Made by a program: the position numbers and the translations under genes
Notes under the pieces: generated by a model
Seen by the model: the letters and a program-made list of their open reading frames with translations, nothing else
What the model was told of the DNA's origin: nothing
Databases searched by the model: none
NCBI GenBank assembly: GCA_964035545.1
Contig: OZ037766.1
Span: 9,042,722 to 9,106,721 of the forward strand
Direction of reading: 5' to 3'
DNA from: Bugula neritina
Lineage: Eukaryota; Animalia; Bryozoa
DNA: 64,000 nucleotides
Part shown: in pieces, positions 27,901 through 40,338 of the stretch
Position numbering within the stretch: position 1 is the first letter of the stretch
How the letters are laid out: each line of letters starts with the position of its first letter

Positions 27901-30412
27901 CATCATTTGTAAAACACGTGATAATATGCAGCATTTCCTATTTTTTGTATCAGTGTCAGTGCAGTGAAGTAAAAAATTAAATGTGCATATTACTTGAAGG
28001 TTTGTGTTAGTTTACTGGGAACATGGACTGGGAAACCAGATGAGCTGTGGAATCCTTTGACCTCTAATCTCCTGCAAGTCTTGCTGTCTATACAAGGTAT
28101 GGTTTTCGTCATACTGTTTCCCTACCTCTCCCTCTCTACATACTGTTACCTCTCCCCTCTACATACCCCTATCTCTTCCCTCTACATACAGTTACCCTGC
28201 CAAGCAATTAATTATTGGAGTAACCTTTTGATATCCATGAAGTTGCTGTCCAATTTCTACCTCTTCTCTCTACATACCCCTACCTCTTCCCCTCTACATA
28301 CCTTACCCTCTCCCTCTCTACATACCCCTACCTCTCCCTTCTACATACCCCTACCTCTCCCCTCTACATACAGTTACTTTACCCTCTCCTCCTCTACATA
28401 CCCCTACCTCTCCCTTCTACATACCCCTACCTCTCCCTCTACATACTGTTACCTCTCCCCCTCTACATACCCCTACCTCGCCCTCTCTACATACAGTTAC
28501 CTTACCCTCTTCTCTACATACCCCTGCCTCTCCCCTCTACATACAGTTACCCTGCCAAGCAATTAATTATTGGAGTAACCTTTTGATATCCATGAAGTTG
28601 CTGTCCAATTTCTAAGTAGAGTTTAGACAGCATCTGCTGGTTATGTCCCAGTGACTACTGATTACCTTATATGAAGCTGTACTACTAACACATAGACTTT
28701 ATATACTTTGTTTATTTTGAAAGAAATTGTTATATTATTATTTTTGTTATTCTTTATTATAATTATCAGCATTAATGAAGATATACTACCAAATTGCTTT
28801 GTACCCACACCTTACTTACATTACTACATACAAACTACTTACAGTATATTAAATTGTGTTTTGTCCATGTTTTTAGGGCTGATTCTAGTCAGTGAGCCCT
28901 ACTACAATGAAACTGGTTATGAAAAGCAGAAGAACACTGCGTTGGGCTGTGAAAATAGCAAGAAGTATAATGAAATGGTGCTGGTACAGCTGTTGTATGT
29001 GAGTTGTCTTTTCTTGTATTTATGTGAAGTGTGTGACATAAAGATTGTAAAAGTCTGTCCACATTAGATGTTTTGTGGAAGACATGAATATTGAAACTGG
29101 CCATCACAAAATACAACTGTGATGAAATGAACATAGAGTGTTTTAGCATGAATATTTTTTGCTTTCAAAAGTTTCTATATTTAGTAGGAATACATAAATG
29201 AGGTTTTGTGAGGCACTTGGTTGACTACACTAACAGTGAGTCTTGTAAAAAAATGTTTCTCCTAAGCATCTCAGCCAATTGGAGTGTTTCAATGTTGAAA
29301 AAGTATCCGCTTATTCAAATGTTTGTGAAAGTGCAGAATGTGTGGTTTAAAATGCCACCAGTTTTATATAAATAATGGTGACCTAAAACAGAAACTTTGT
29401 AATATGATAAACCTTGACCATGCTAGAAGAAGATTTTTCCTTGTAACACATTTTAAAATCTGTACCTTTGTAAAAAAATGCGTGTTTTCGTAATCTTATA
29501 AAAACGGTTGTTCTAGCAAATGTCTATTATCACTACATTGATCATGTTGGGTGAAATTATGGTATTAGCGGCTTTATTTTGTCTAACTTATTGAAAATTT
29601 TGCTTGCTTGCAATATTTAGACAAAAACTGACAATGATAGTAACTATTTAAAAATTTTAATTGAAACTATTTATAGTTGCAGTTCTTACAGATGTTTTAG
29701 CTACTAGTCATTGCAGTTTAATTTTACAACCAACGTTTATGTTAACAGTTTCAGCGAGTAGATGTCATCATCTCTATTTTGAGCTGACTTGTGTTCCTGT
29801 AGTTTATGAATGTATCTGATAAACTGTTGATGAATAGTCCTGTTGTTGCCTGTGATGTGAATATTTGTCTATCAGTTAGCTAGAGGTTTATTTACAGAGT
29901 ATGATTGGGATGTTAGAGAGGCCCCACGCATCCTTTGAAAAAGAAATCTTAGACCATTGGCTAAAGCATGGTCAAAGGTTTGTTATCAGTTTATTTGTGT
30001 CTTTTTAAGCGCATGATGGATCAATGCTAATTTAGCAATGTTTTCTTCAATAGCATTTTATTAGCAGTCTGTAAAGGTATATGGTATAAGTCATCAATTT
30101 GGGCTCAAACTAATCAATTTGCATATCTTTTACCAGATCTGATCAAAATGATGTGAAATAAAATAAATTTACACGTGCATGCTTACCAACAGTTTGTTTC
30201 TCTGTGTCTTTAGCTTCATACAGAGGATTTCAACATACATCGGAGTGTCGGATTCCGCTAGAGCAGACAACCAATTAGAATCTGAGAAAGAAGAAAACTC
30301 CTGTCATAAGTATTTCCCTTTGCTGCCACTGTCTAAGGGCTGCCACCTAACTCTACAAAAACTGCTCAGTAAACTAGTCAATGCACTGAAAGATAGAAAT
30401 ATCTCAGTTTAG
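15907..30412 (+). CDS. UBE2O: E2/E3 hybrid ubiquitin-conjugating enzyme UBE2O, 29 coding exons, about 1220 aa (first coding exon 15907-16155; UBC-domain exons 26515-26577, 27066-27233, 28000-28096, 28877-28998; last exon 30214-30412)
   Basis: [34 protein letters not shown] and VSVYELRDH are UBE2O conserved regions. UBC domain [61 protein letters not shown] with the catalytic Cys; C-terminal [10 protein letters not shown] continuous phase-consistent GT-AG chain was traced. Confidence 0.95.
22350..22480. repeat. AT-only low-complexity tract with an internal duplication (ATGATATAATAGTAATATATTATATTA twice)
   Basis: Visible in a UBE2O intron. Confidence 0.75.
28121..28614. repeat. C-rich minisatellite (about 22-bp unit, CTCTACATACCCCTACCTCTCC) with an exact 69-bp unique segment duplicated (28191-28259 and 28546-28614)
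   Basis: Direct inspection; lies in the intron after the catalytic-Cys exon of UBE2O. Confidence 0.9.
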
Positions 30413-31353
30413 CATTCTTCCAAATTAGTACTCAATGAAAGTTCTGCTTTATGCCTCATTAAGTTATTTATTGTACTCTTCAAGTAATACTTGGATGAAA
30501 ACTTATTCTCATGAATCTCCAATTGCTTCCAGCGCTGCTTAAAACAGTTGTTACGTACTTTGATGTTGTATTTGTTATATTAGAAAATTCAGGCAGTTTT
30601 CTGATGTTGTGCAATTACCTCTAGTTTCTGTTTACTGCTGCATTGACTATATTTTGCTACATTTTTTGTGTTTCTGTAAAAATAAATGTGAAAGTCTCGC
30701 ATACTATTTAAAACCATTGCACAGGCATACAATAAGTCTTACGATAAGTTTAGTGGTAAGTTGCAGCTATATTTTTAAGGTTTTACTGTTATCTGTTAGA
30801 GTCTGAATTTCACTAGTCACTTGTGTTATCTCTACACTGATAAAGTATTCTATACATGAGTATAATAGAAACCTCATCTGTTAGATATGCTTGTTGGTGA
30901 TAAAATTATATCATGTTTACTGAGAACAGTGATAGCAAAACGCCCATCTACACCTTTCACTCTAATAGTAACCTGAAGCATACAGCGCTCTGGTGGCAGA
31001 ATATACGGTAAGTCTATCTTGCAGCTCATGAAATTGTATTAATATATTGAAAAACTCTCAAAAGATTTCATTGAATGTAAGTAAATGTAATGCCGGGTTA
31101 TTTATTGCATGCTTATAATATGTTGTGTTTCAGGTGATTATTCTAAAGAAGAGAAATAATCTAATAGATACTAAAATATTTTACAATACCTTGTAATTTT
31201 TATGTCTCCATTTTATTCTCTTTTAAAATTTTACTGATATTTCATTCAGCCGTCTGTATGATGTTATTATTGACTTGTTTTATGTTAGATCAAGGAGTTT
31301 TAAAACCTATACTCTGTTCCTGTATTTTACATGTATAGGTAAGATAAGTTAAG

Positions 31354-34300
31354 ATGGGTCTTCAGCGGGCCAGGGCCAGCCTCTTTCTGATTGCTGGAAT
31401 TATGGTGGCCAATATAGAAGCTGGAGTCAACAAAGCTATCTGTATGGGAAACATACCGCAGCCCCGTAAGTTGGCTCTTAGTTTTCAAATAGAAACTGGT
31501 TTTTTATTTAGTTTCTGTCAATGCACTTGACTCTTACAAAACAAAATACGCATTCTGTAATTTATCCTAATTTTTTAGCTATGGATATGATAAAGTGAAT
31601 TATACAAACTGCTATAGCATTCGACTTATAAACATTCCAGTCAACAAGTTCCATGTTGTGTGACTTACACTCGGTTACAAATGAGCACCTAGAATATGCA
31701 TCACTTAGTAGTGTGTACACTCATATGATATACTTAGTACGACATATACTCAGTATGACATATACTCAGTACGACATATACTCAGTGTGACGTATATTTA
31801 GCATGACATATACTCAGTGTGACGTACATTCGGCATAACACACTCAGTACGACTTCCACTTAGTAAGACATTCACACAGTGACGTATAGTCCGTGTGACA
31901 TACACTTAGTGTGACCTAAATTCGGTATGAGATACAGTTAGTGTATATCATACAGTGTGACATACACTCATAGCGACATTGGGATACAATCAGCTGTATA
32001 TTTATCTATAGACACAAACTCGCTGATAAAATTTAAATCTATATTTACTTTTATCTGGAGACCTTTGTCCATTATTCTCTCATCTTGACACAATGGAACA
32101 ATCACAAAATCCTATCCCATCACTCAACACACTGTAGCCATAAATACGTACCTGTTACCTATCACAGGCCACATAATTTGCTATATCAATTTAGAGTGCA
32201 TTGTATTGTGCTACTAATATTGTGGTGAAGATAAGTGTCACAACCCTTTACTGGAACCAGATAGATTCCAAGCACCCAGATAACCCCCTAATATTTAATC
32301 AAGAAAGTAGCTTTGTAATGAACTTGCATTAGCAGGGTTCCTACAGTTTTATTATTGGTTTTAAAAAATGTTATCTATTTCACAGTTATGGTGATAATAG
32401 TTATGCATGGTCCGTCATAGAACAAGATATTAACATTTTCAAAACAGATGACATTCATTATATATTTAATAATGTATATTGTAAGCATTTTTATATTATG
32501 TAATTTTGTAATATCTAATGAATCTAATAATTTATGAATTGTAAAAGTTGCATTGTAGATAAACTGCATACTAGTTATATATAAGCCTGCAGCCTACATA
32601 TTTATAGGATGTCAGAATTATAGATTAGCAAAACTGCAAACAGAATTAATTATGTTTATACTTTTTAGATGGAGTAAACTTTAGGTTATTTTTGTGTGTT
32701 TTAGAAGCGAAAGATTTCCCTCATATCCCAAACAACTTCCGGGCTGAATTTACTTGGAACATGGATACAGTGAAAACATCATTCTTCACTAGAGAAATGT
32801 TCTCAGATAATCTGAATGTTGGTGTGATGGAGATAGAGAACTTGCTGGGTCCAGCTGTTCGGTCCAAACTATATACCTTTGCAGACACTAATGAATATGT
32901 CTTCATAGACAGTAAGGCTGTACAGATATCTTGGTATTCTCTTCTCATATTTAAATTTATTTTGATATCTTCTATAAAATGTGTTATTCAACATAAACAT
33001 TGCTTCAAACAAGATAATGCAGGTATGGTTAGTAGAATATTGTTAACAGGGTCTAATGCTGTAAACACTCATAAATACACTAACTTGACAATTTAAAGTA
33101 TTTACTGACAAATTTTTTCAATGCAAAAGTTTTCTATGGGAACTGGTGATATGAGCTACTGGTATAATGAAGTTAGACTATGATAGACTTAGTATACTGG
33201 ATTTTTTGTTAGTACTTTGCTGCCTGTTTTATTTTAGTTGTATTTTTTATAAACATTTACATTTTTGTCATTTTACTTTGGCTTGCTCAAGTTATATACA
33301 TGTGTAAAAGTTTGCATTTCTGAGTTAGTGGACAGCGGTTATGTATAATAAAAACTTTAGCAAGCATTTTGGCTTAGATATTATTACAATAAATCTTGTT
33401 TTGTGTAATTTATATAAAATTTATCAATTCTAAGCTTAATCTAGTAACTGAAGAGTTTGTGTGTCATAAAAATAAATTATTTCCAAACATTCACGTTTTT
33501 TGGTATCATGTAAGAATTTTTGCAATATATACGCCATGGATAGTTTTGTACCATTGTTAACACAATAGATCATATAAATACTTCAACTATAAATTATGAC
33601 CTCATCATTTGTGTTCAATTGCCTTATTTCTTGTAGACTATGATGGACAGTATGGCGGGAACTGCACTGTTGATAAGCTCAACTTCAATGATTTTGCCTT
33701 TCCTTTCAGAGTAGTAAAAGGTCATGGTAAGAACAGTAACTTTTTAACTGTTCAGCTGTGTTGAGTCCTGAAAACACATAAAATGATTGCAATAGCGTTT
33801 ACTTATTCTAAAAGTTGGAGCATCCAGCATATAATTTGATTGAGCATCTCACATGGCATTATGTTGTCACAGATAAACTGGTTTCTGGAAAAGACGTTCT
33901 GCTGCTGGGAGGTACTTCTGCTGTCATGGATTATCTCGGCAACGATACAATAAATGATGTCGACGTTGACGTGTGGAATGGGTGCATATATATCAAAGAC
34001 ACGGATATGACTCTAAATGCTACATACTACTTTTCAGGTTTGTGCTCTGAATTTAAGACTATTTACTTAAAAACAGGAATTTTTGTTTGAAAGTCTTTTC
34101 CATACATGTATGTTTTCTAATGTTTCTTGGCGTCACGAAGTCAAACACCAATATTAAACATAACTCATTAGCTTTATTGTATAAGAACTCACAAACTCTA
34201 TTCAAAGTGTTTGCCTGAGATAGAACTTATATCTGTTTCTGACTTAAATCTGGCGTCTTGTATTTTCTTAGTGAATAACACTGTTGATCCCGACAAGTCG

Positions 34301-37300
34301 TGGCAAACAGCTTCTGGAATGAGTTCTGTTATCAAGAGAATTCATGTGATACAAGACAACTCCGCCGGTTCAGCCTCGTCAGAGAGTGTTTATGAATACG
34401 CTTATTTCTCCGAACTGTACGAAGAGAGTGTTGATGACCTTCGTCACTTTGAGGTGAACTCTCACTTGATTGGAATAACTAAACTAGTCTTGTTTAAGAC
34501 AGCAGGCGTCCATAAAAAGGAAATGGGTGTCATTTTATTTCATTTTTTCCAATAACTAATTAGAAGACAAATACAAGATATTAATAATGATGATTTAAAT
34601 GTTAAATTCAATTAAATATGTTTTGGACTTAATTTTAAACCATATGCTATTATCAGCTGATGCAACGTTTTATATATAGAAGCAGTGGGTCTATAGCCCT
34701 ATATGTGATCTACCAGCGTATAGCAATAGTTGAAAAACAACTTTACCTTTTGTAATGTTTGAACTTATTACACCAAGTTACTCACCACCACCACTTTGCC
34801 AGGTTAACTGTAAATTAAGACTATTAAGTTTATTATGAGCTCATCATATATTAAGGTAGTTTGTTATATATTCTATTAAATTGTTTTGTATTGTAATTTT
34901 GCTTTTGATACAGCCTCCACTTGGTGCATACTGTAAGAGAGAGTCAGCAGGTAAAAAGGTGCCAGAAGTACCCGATTACTTTTCTCTCTCGATGGAGCTT
35001 CATGACCCACAGCAGCAAATTCTGATATATACAGATGTGAGTGACTACGTGTTTTTTTCATGTTGAATTTTGAGCTGCATTTTTCATATATAAATTAATA
35101 CTGGCTTTGCGCATGCATCACCTTAGCTCACTGTATACACATTTTCTGCAGGAATGGTATGATTTCAAGGCCAATTTATCGAGAGTTGACTACAATACTA
35201 TGCAAGATCGGTCAAAAAAATCTGAGCCTGTGACAGTTATAAATGATTACGATACAGGTAAAAATTCTAAAATAATTTTTGTAGTAGTAATATATTTCTG
35301 CATTTGGAAATCTATCTGGTTTTTTTTAAAAGAAATTATCTTTGATTTTCTGTTAGCTACATTATGTCAGTCTATATTTATACATTATACATTTGCAGCA
35401 AACTGGCTCAAATTAATTTCATTCATGTCTTGCGAAGTTTTCCCATTTTAATTGAAACATTATACTATAATAGTCATCCGTTTTATTTAATTTGCAGGCC
35501 AGGCTTTAAATTCAGTTACTTGTATAAATTGGTTGAAATTTTATTTAGTTCTTGAATTTAATTGCTCGCTATGCAAATAATGTGATGGTTAGGTTGTTAG
35601 GTATTCATCAATTAACACAATTGTATTTTTTGAGCAGGTGTGGCCTATAAGATACACAGATACACTAAGAAGTGTGAAATTGACACTATCGATGCGTACG
35701 GCATAGATGATGAGCTGCTGCCCGGCAGCACTGGTGATAAGAAATTTGTACGAATAAGAACGCCAAAAGAGTTCTTCAACTTTGACGATTTAGAAGATCA
35801 CCCTTGGATTTACAGTGGAACTGTAATTAAACTTTACTTTCAATGAGCTAATAGAGCTATTCTAGCAAAAACAATAATACTTTTTGCAATAAATCTATGA
35901 AATTGAGAATTTAGGCAAATTTTTATGGAGATGTACAAAAAATATATTGCCCAGACTTTACATTAGTTTATTAGAGCTGTTCTTTCAACTTTTTTGTTTA
36001 TTCAATTTATCACATTATCAATTAGCATTAGAAGTCTCATTCTTTCTGTCAGAAATTATATTATATTATATTTTATTGTATTATTTCCTATTAAACTATA
36101 ATACATTGTGTTGTATTGTATGATATTATATTATATTATTCCCTATTAAACTATAATATATTGTATTGTATAATATTATATTATATTACATTATATTATA
36201 CTACGTTACATTATATTATATTATTATATACTATATTATATTACATTATATTATACTACGTTACATTATATTATATTATTATATACTATATTATATTACA
36301 TTATATTACATTAGTATATCATACTTTCTGTAGCATGTCATAAGATCAGTTGAGTGTGAAGTCTGGATATCCAAGAGGCCATATCCTACCAGGACCTCTA
36401 ATGTTGATGCATACTGGGAGTGGTACTTCACCAATGTGAGTTGATGGCTTCTACAATCAGCCAGTTTTTTTATTGACGCATTCTTATTCAACTTATAGCT
36501 ATGTTGTCACACATGTGGTTAAACATTATCTGGATAAATAGTCTTGAGGTAGCTCCCTTTATATGTTACAACTCTATAATGTATCAGGAAAACGCATTTC
36601 TTAAAGTTTATTGTTAAAAAAGATTTTTAATTTGTGTCTAGAATTGGTTGGTTAACTAAAACAGTCGTTTACTTTTGAAGTAATAATTAATAAATATATT
36701 TTGTAGAATAAATGGGTTCTATCTAATGGCGATGTTCTAGAAACCCTGGAACCATTCCGCATGGTTGTCACAGTGCCAGATGTAAGCTTAATATTTTTTC
36801 CTCCAAATGAAAATTGATTGATTATATTGCAAAATAATTTAAACTCTAAGCTTTACAAAGGAGTTTAAGCAAAAAACATTCACTAATGTGTCAAGTGCTT
36901 TTAGTTTAAACCATGTAAATTTAAAATATGAAAAAATATGGTAGTGCATGATTGATCGTATATTACAGAGCAACAATTACGGTTATCATACTCTATTCAC
37001 GTTACTGAGCCAGTTCTTAGTATAATTGTGGAGTTATTATATAAATAGCTGTGCCAAGTTTTTTTTAAAGTCTCAAGTTTCTGAGAGAATGTGTTTTTTG
37101 ATCACTGTTTGTGTGTTTAAGATATTCCTCGGCATTCTATTGATGGCGAGTTGCACTCTTGTAGCTAAACAACCAGATCACAGAGTTTAACGTCTACAGA
37201 TTCAACCAGGAACCTCCGGATAATGATTTCTATGATATTTCTTCTTGCTTCGATCTCCATGAACAAAGCCGGTCATACGAATTTGTAATGAATGCTGATG

Positions 37301-39329
37301 TGAAAAAATTCAACTTGGAATCGAATATTGGTATGCTGAAATACTGGACCACAGCAGCTTTGGAGGCTCAAGCTGATGTCAGGGCAGTTCGAATTCATGG
37401 AGTGGAGGTAAGAAAATATCAGAATTTTAAATATTTTGTCTAAATTCTGATGTAAGTTTTTACTGAACAAAGTTTTTTTGTCTAAATTACAGTGTGATGC
37501 TATTCTTGCGTAATTAAAGCTAATAGTTTTTAATTTGGTGTTTGAGTTTAAAGTGCATCTGCATTTTGTTAATAAGTGGCAAGTTATCACATTAGTATAA
37601 TTGTACAACAGGTTATTCTAAGTATAAGCTCTTATTTAAAAAAAGCACTGAGAGTTAATAATGCAGCTTTTGTGTTTTTATGTAGCATGGTAAGCAACTA
37701 GCAAAATCTAAGTTTATTGCTTTTGCACTGCAAAGTTGCCTAGTTGCAGAATTGTGACATTATCTGCCAGTTTATAGCTTTTGCAGAAAATCATTGAACA
37801 AATTTTTTTAGAATATTTTGTACAGTCTAATATCTAATAGCATTGGATTTGACTGCAATAATGTCTTTATTCATTTTTGTCTCTTATTGATCTAGGCTTA
37901 GAATTTTTGTAGTTTGAGCATGTTTACTGTGTTATATCATTGTAAAAGAACAAGTAGCTGATATGTATTTCAGTTTGAGTTTGACGAGACAAAAGTCTTC
38001 ACTCGATTTACTATTCTCGGCGTTCCAAAGATAAAAGGTGATGTGCCATTTCCTGTGAAACAAGTTTCACTGGATGAAGCTGAAGGGTTTCTCAATAGAT
38101 CTATAGGAGCAGGAAAATTTCTAGTTTATTACTTGATGAGGAATGGAAGGGTGAGATTGGCATTGAGTTTTGTTTTTTCTGAAGTTTATGTTGAAAAGGC
38201 TAGTCAGTTGATGTATCATATTGCATATCTCAGCTTTGGGCAGCATAATGCTTACACTGGAGAAATGTTAATAGATCCTGTTGGGGCACTGCAAATACTT
38301 GATTTTTGATTCAAAGCTGGAAAATCTGTTGAAGTTGCCTACTGCAAATATCTTGTTGGAACAATCTGGAATTACAGCAGAACTGTGTGAACCCATAACT
38401 TCTTAAGTTAGAAAGAAATGTTTTCTCTGTTTTAGTGTATAGCACACACTACGTGACTGCATTTAACAAGTGTTTTGAAATCTTGTAGGAAACACAGTTC
38501 CAGGTTGACAGTGAGAGTTTTGTGAGGTCAATAAATGTGGGTCGTGGACCCGGCTCATCAGTTTACTATGTTATTGATAATGGTAGGTACTATTTTATCC
38601 CTGTATTACTTTAGGGCTGTTTATAATAGTTTCTGATAAGTTTTCTACCACCCTGGCATTTTTTATATTGTTTTTATATACTTATTGTATTATTTATTCA
38701 AAAACTTGGTATTTATTAAATCTACCGAACATAAATATATGTATATCAAAAAAATTGTACAAAAGTTCTCATATAACAGTATACCTTTAGCAGTGACTTG
38801 CTCTTCTAATTTTTTCTGCATTGTAACTGTACCCCCCCCCCCCCAGTAATCTACTCGAAGTATGCATTTTAAATGTCTTGAATTTTGAACCATGCTGGTA
38901 AATATTTTCAAAGAATAAAAACCAAGTTGTATGACTATTTTGTTTAATTTTTGTTATTTTTATCTATTAGATGGCAGGCCAGTCACTGTAGCACCAGGTA
39001 CTACCCCGACTTCCAGTACCACCTCGGCCCAGAACTCTAGTACTACAGGCAATGCCAACTCTACTACTGCAACACCCAGTCCACACTCCAACAAGCCGAC
39101 TCATACTCCCAGTGATGTCACTAATAAACAGACTCCTCTACCAGTCACTGCTGAAGCTGTGAGACAAAACGCAGACGTAGCTCCAGGAGGAGCGGCAGCA
39201 ACCGCCATTGTTCTGTTTTTGATAGGCATCGCCCTTATAGTAATACCGTTTTACATCATTACTGTTCGGAGGCGAAAGCTGAATGATTTTAGCAGAAGTC
39301 AATTGACAATGAGTGAGTTACATGATTAG
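31354..39329 (+). CDS. Uncharacterised type I membrane glycoprotein, about 739 aa: signal peptide, two probable LolA/ependymin-like beta-sheet domains, Ser/Thr/Pro stalk, TM helix, short tail. Exons 31354-31465, 32705-32911, 33637-33726, 33873-34037, 34272-34453, 34914-35036, 35152-35257, 35638-35822, 36334-36435, 36707-36781, 37165-37407, 37974-38150, 38489-38582, 38971-39329
   Basis: Phase-consistent exon chain with no stops; hydrophobic N-terminus (SLFLIAGIMVANIEAG); internally repeated P..P..F motif (FPHIPNNFRAEF / VPEVPDYFSLSM); EWYDFKANLSRVDY..INDYDTGVAYKIHRYTKKC resembles ependymin-related proteins; TM AATAIVLFLIGIALIVIPFYIITV followed by RRRK. The fold assignment is from recollection of motifs, not a search. 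Confidence 0.8.
31705..31975. repeat. Degenerate 16-bp minisatellite (GACATATACTCAGTRY) x about 16
   Basis: Tandem copies visible in the first coding intron of the membrane-protein gene. Confidence 0.85.
36055..36315. repeat. Degenerate pentanucleotide (TATAT/TATTA/TACAT)n microsatellite
   Basis: Visible; source of the Tyr/Ile-rich spurious ORF. Confidence 0.9.
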
Positions 39330-40338
39330 CTGATCTGCTGTATATCATACATGGCTAGCGGCTGCAGTGGCAATGTCACGTGAAGCATATAAAACTTACA
39401 GACTAGAAAGTTAGGCACTGAATTCTTTGAAATACTTTTCCCGTTTGATATTTCTTAAGTTTTTAGCTGCCTAGCATTTTCTTTACTATTACAGAGCTTT
39501 AGATTTCCTTTTTCAAACCAACATGATGTTTTGTATTACTGTAAAAATATTTTTTATGTAAAAACAGATATACCCTGAAGATGCATAATGAAATTGAGAG
39601 TACATTTGCCGCTCTATATTGTTATTTGTTTTTTCTGATGCACATTTATTTATGCTAGAAAGATTTAGCAGATTTGTAAGTTTTCTAGTAGCAGAAGGTG
39701 GCAAATGACCTTATAACAACAAACAATATTATAATTTAATAAAGGACATTCCTGGTATTTTTCTTATTATTGTTACATTAATAATGTATGTACATTTACA
39801 TTGCACTAACTATAGACTGATAAGTTTTGGGCAAACAACCAGGTTTGACTTTGTATGTTCCAAATAATGGTATCATTAATTTTGTACTCTTATAAATCGC
39901 TCTTATAAATAAAAAAATTTATAGCACTGCTCAATAAACGTTGCTGCTCTTTATCTGCTAAAAGCAGTACATAGTAGAAAATATTCACGTTTATTTTTTT
40001 AATAAAAAATAAATATAGTGGACCAGATAAAACTTTTGATGAGCTCACAAACTTAATCGTTGGGTTTAACATCAAGTTTACTTATTTGATTCCCAAGAAT
40101 ATAAAGTTAAGGTAGATATAAACATACTTAGATGAAAACTTTGAAAATCGCTAAACGCAGCATAAAGTTTGGGGCCGGTGTGGAGTTCAGTGAATGATGT
40201 GGCTACTGGCTATATACATTATAATATAAACACTGCACCTAGTGACCCCAAACCTTGTGCTAAATTTAGCGATCTCCAAAATCTTTGCTAAGTCAACTTG
40301 CATTACACATGCAGAGCTGAGTAGCTTAGAAAAAGGTG

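Noticed and set aside
28097-28566. Pro/Ser/Thr/Leu/Tyr-rich extension of ORF 27994-28566
   Set aside because: Read-through into an intronic minisatellite after the UBE2O donor at 28096
36116-36343. Tyr/Ile-rich 75-aa ORF
   Set aside because: Pentanucleotide microsatellite in an intron
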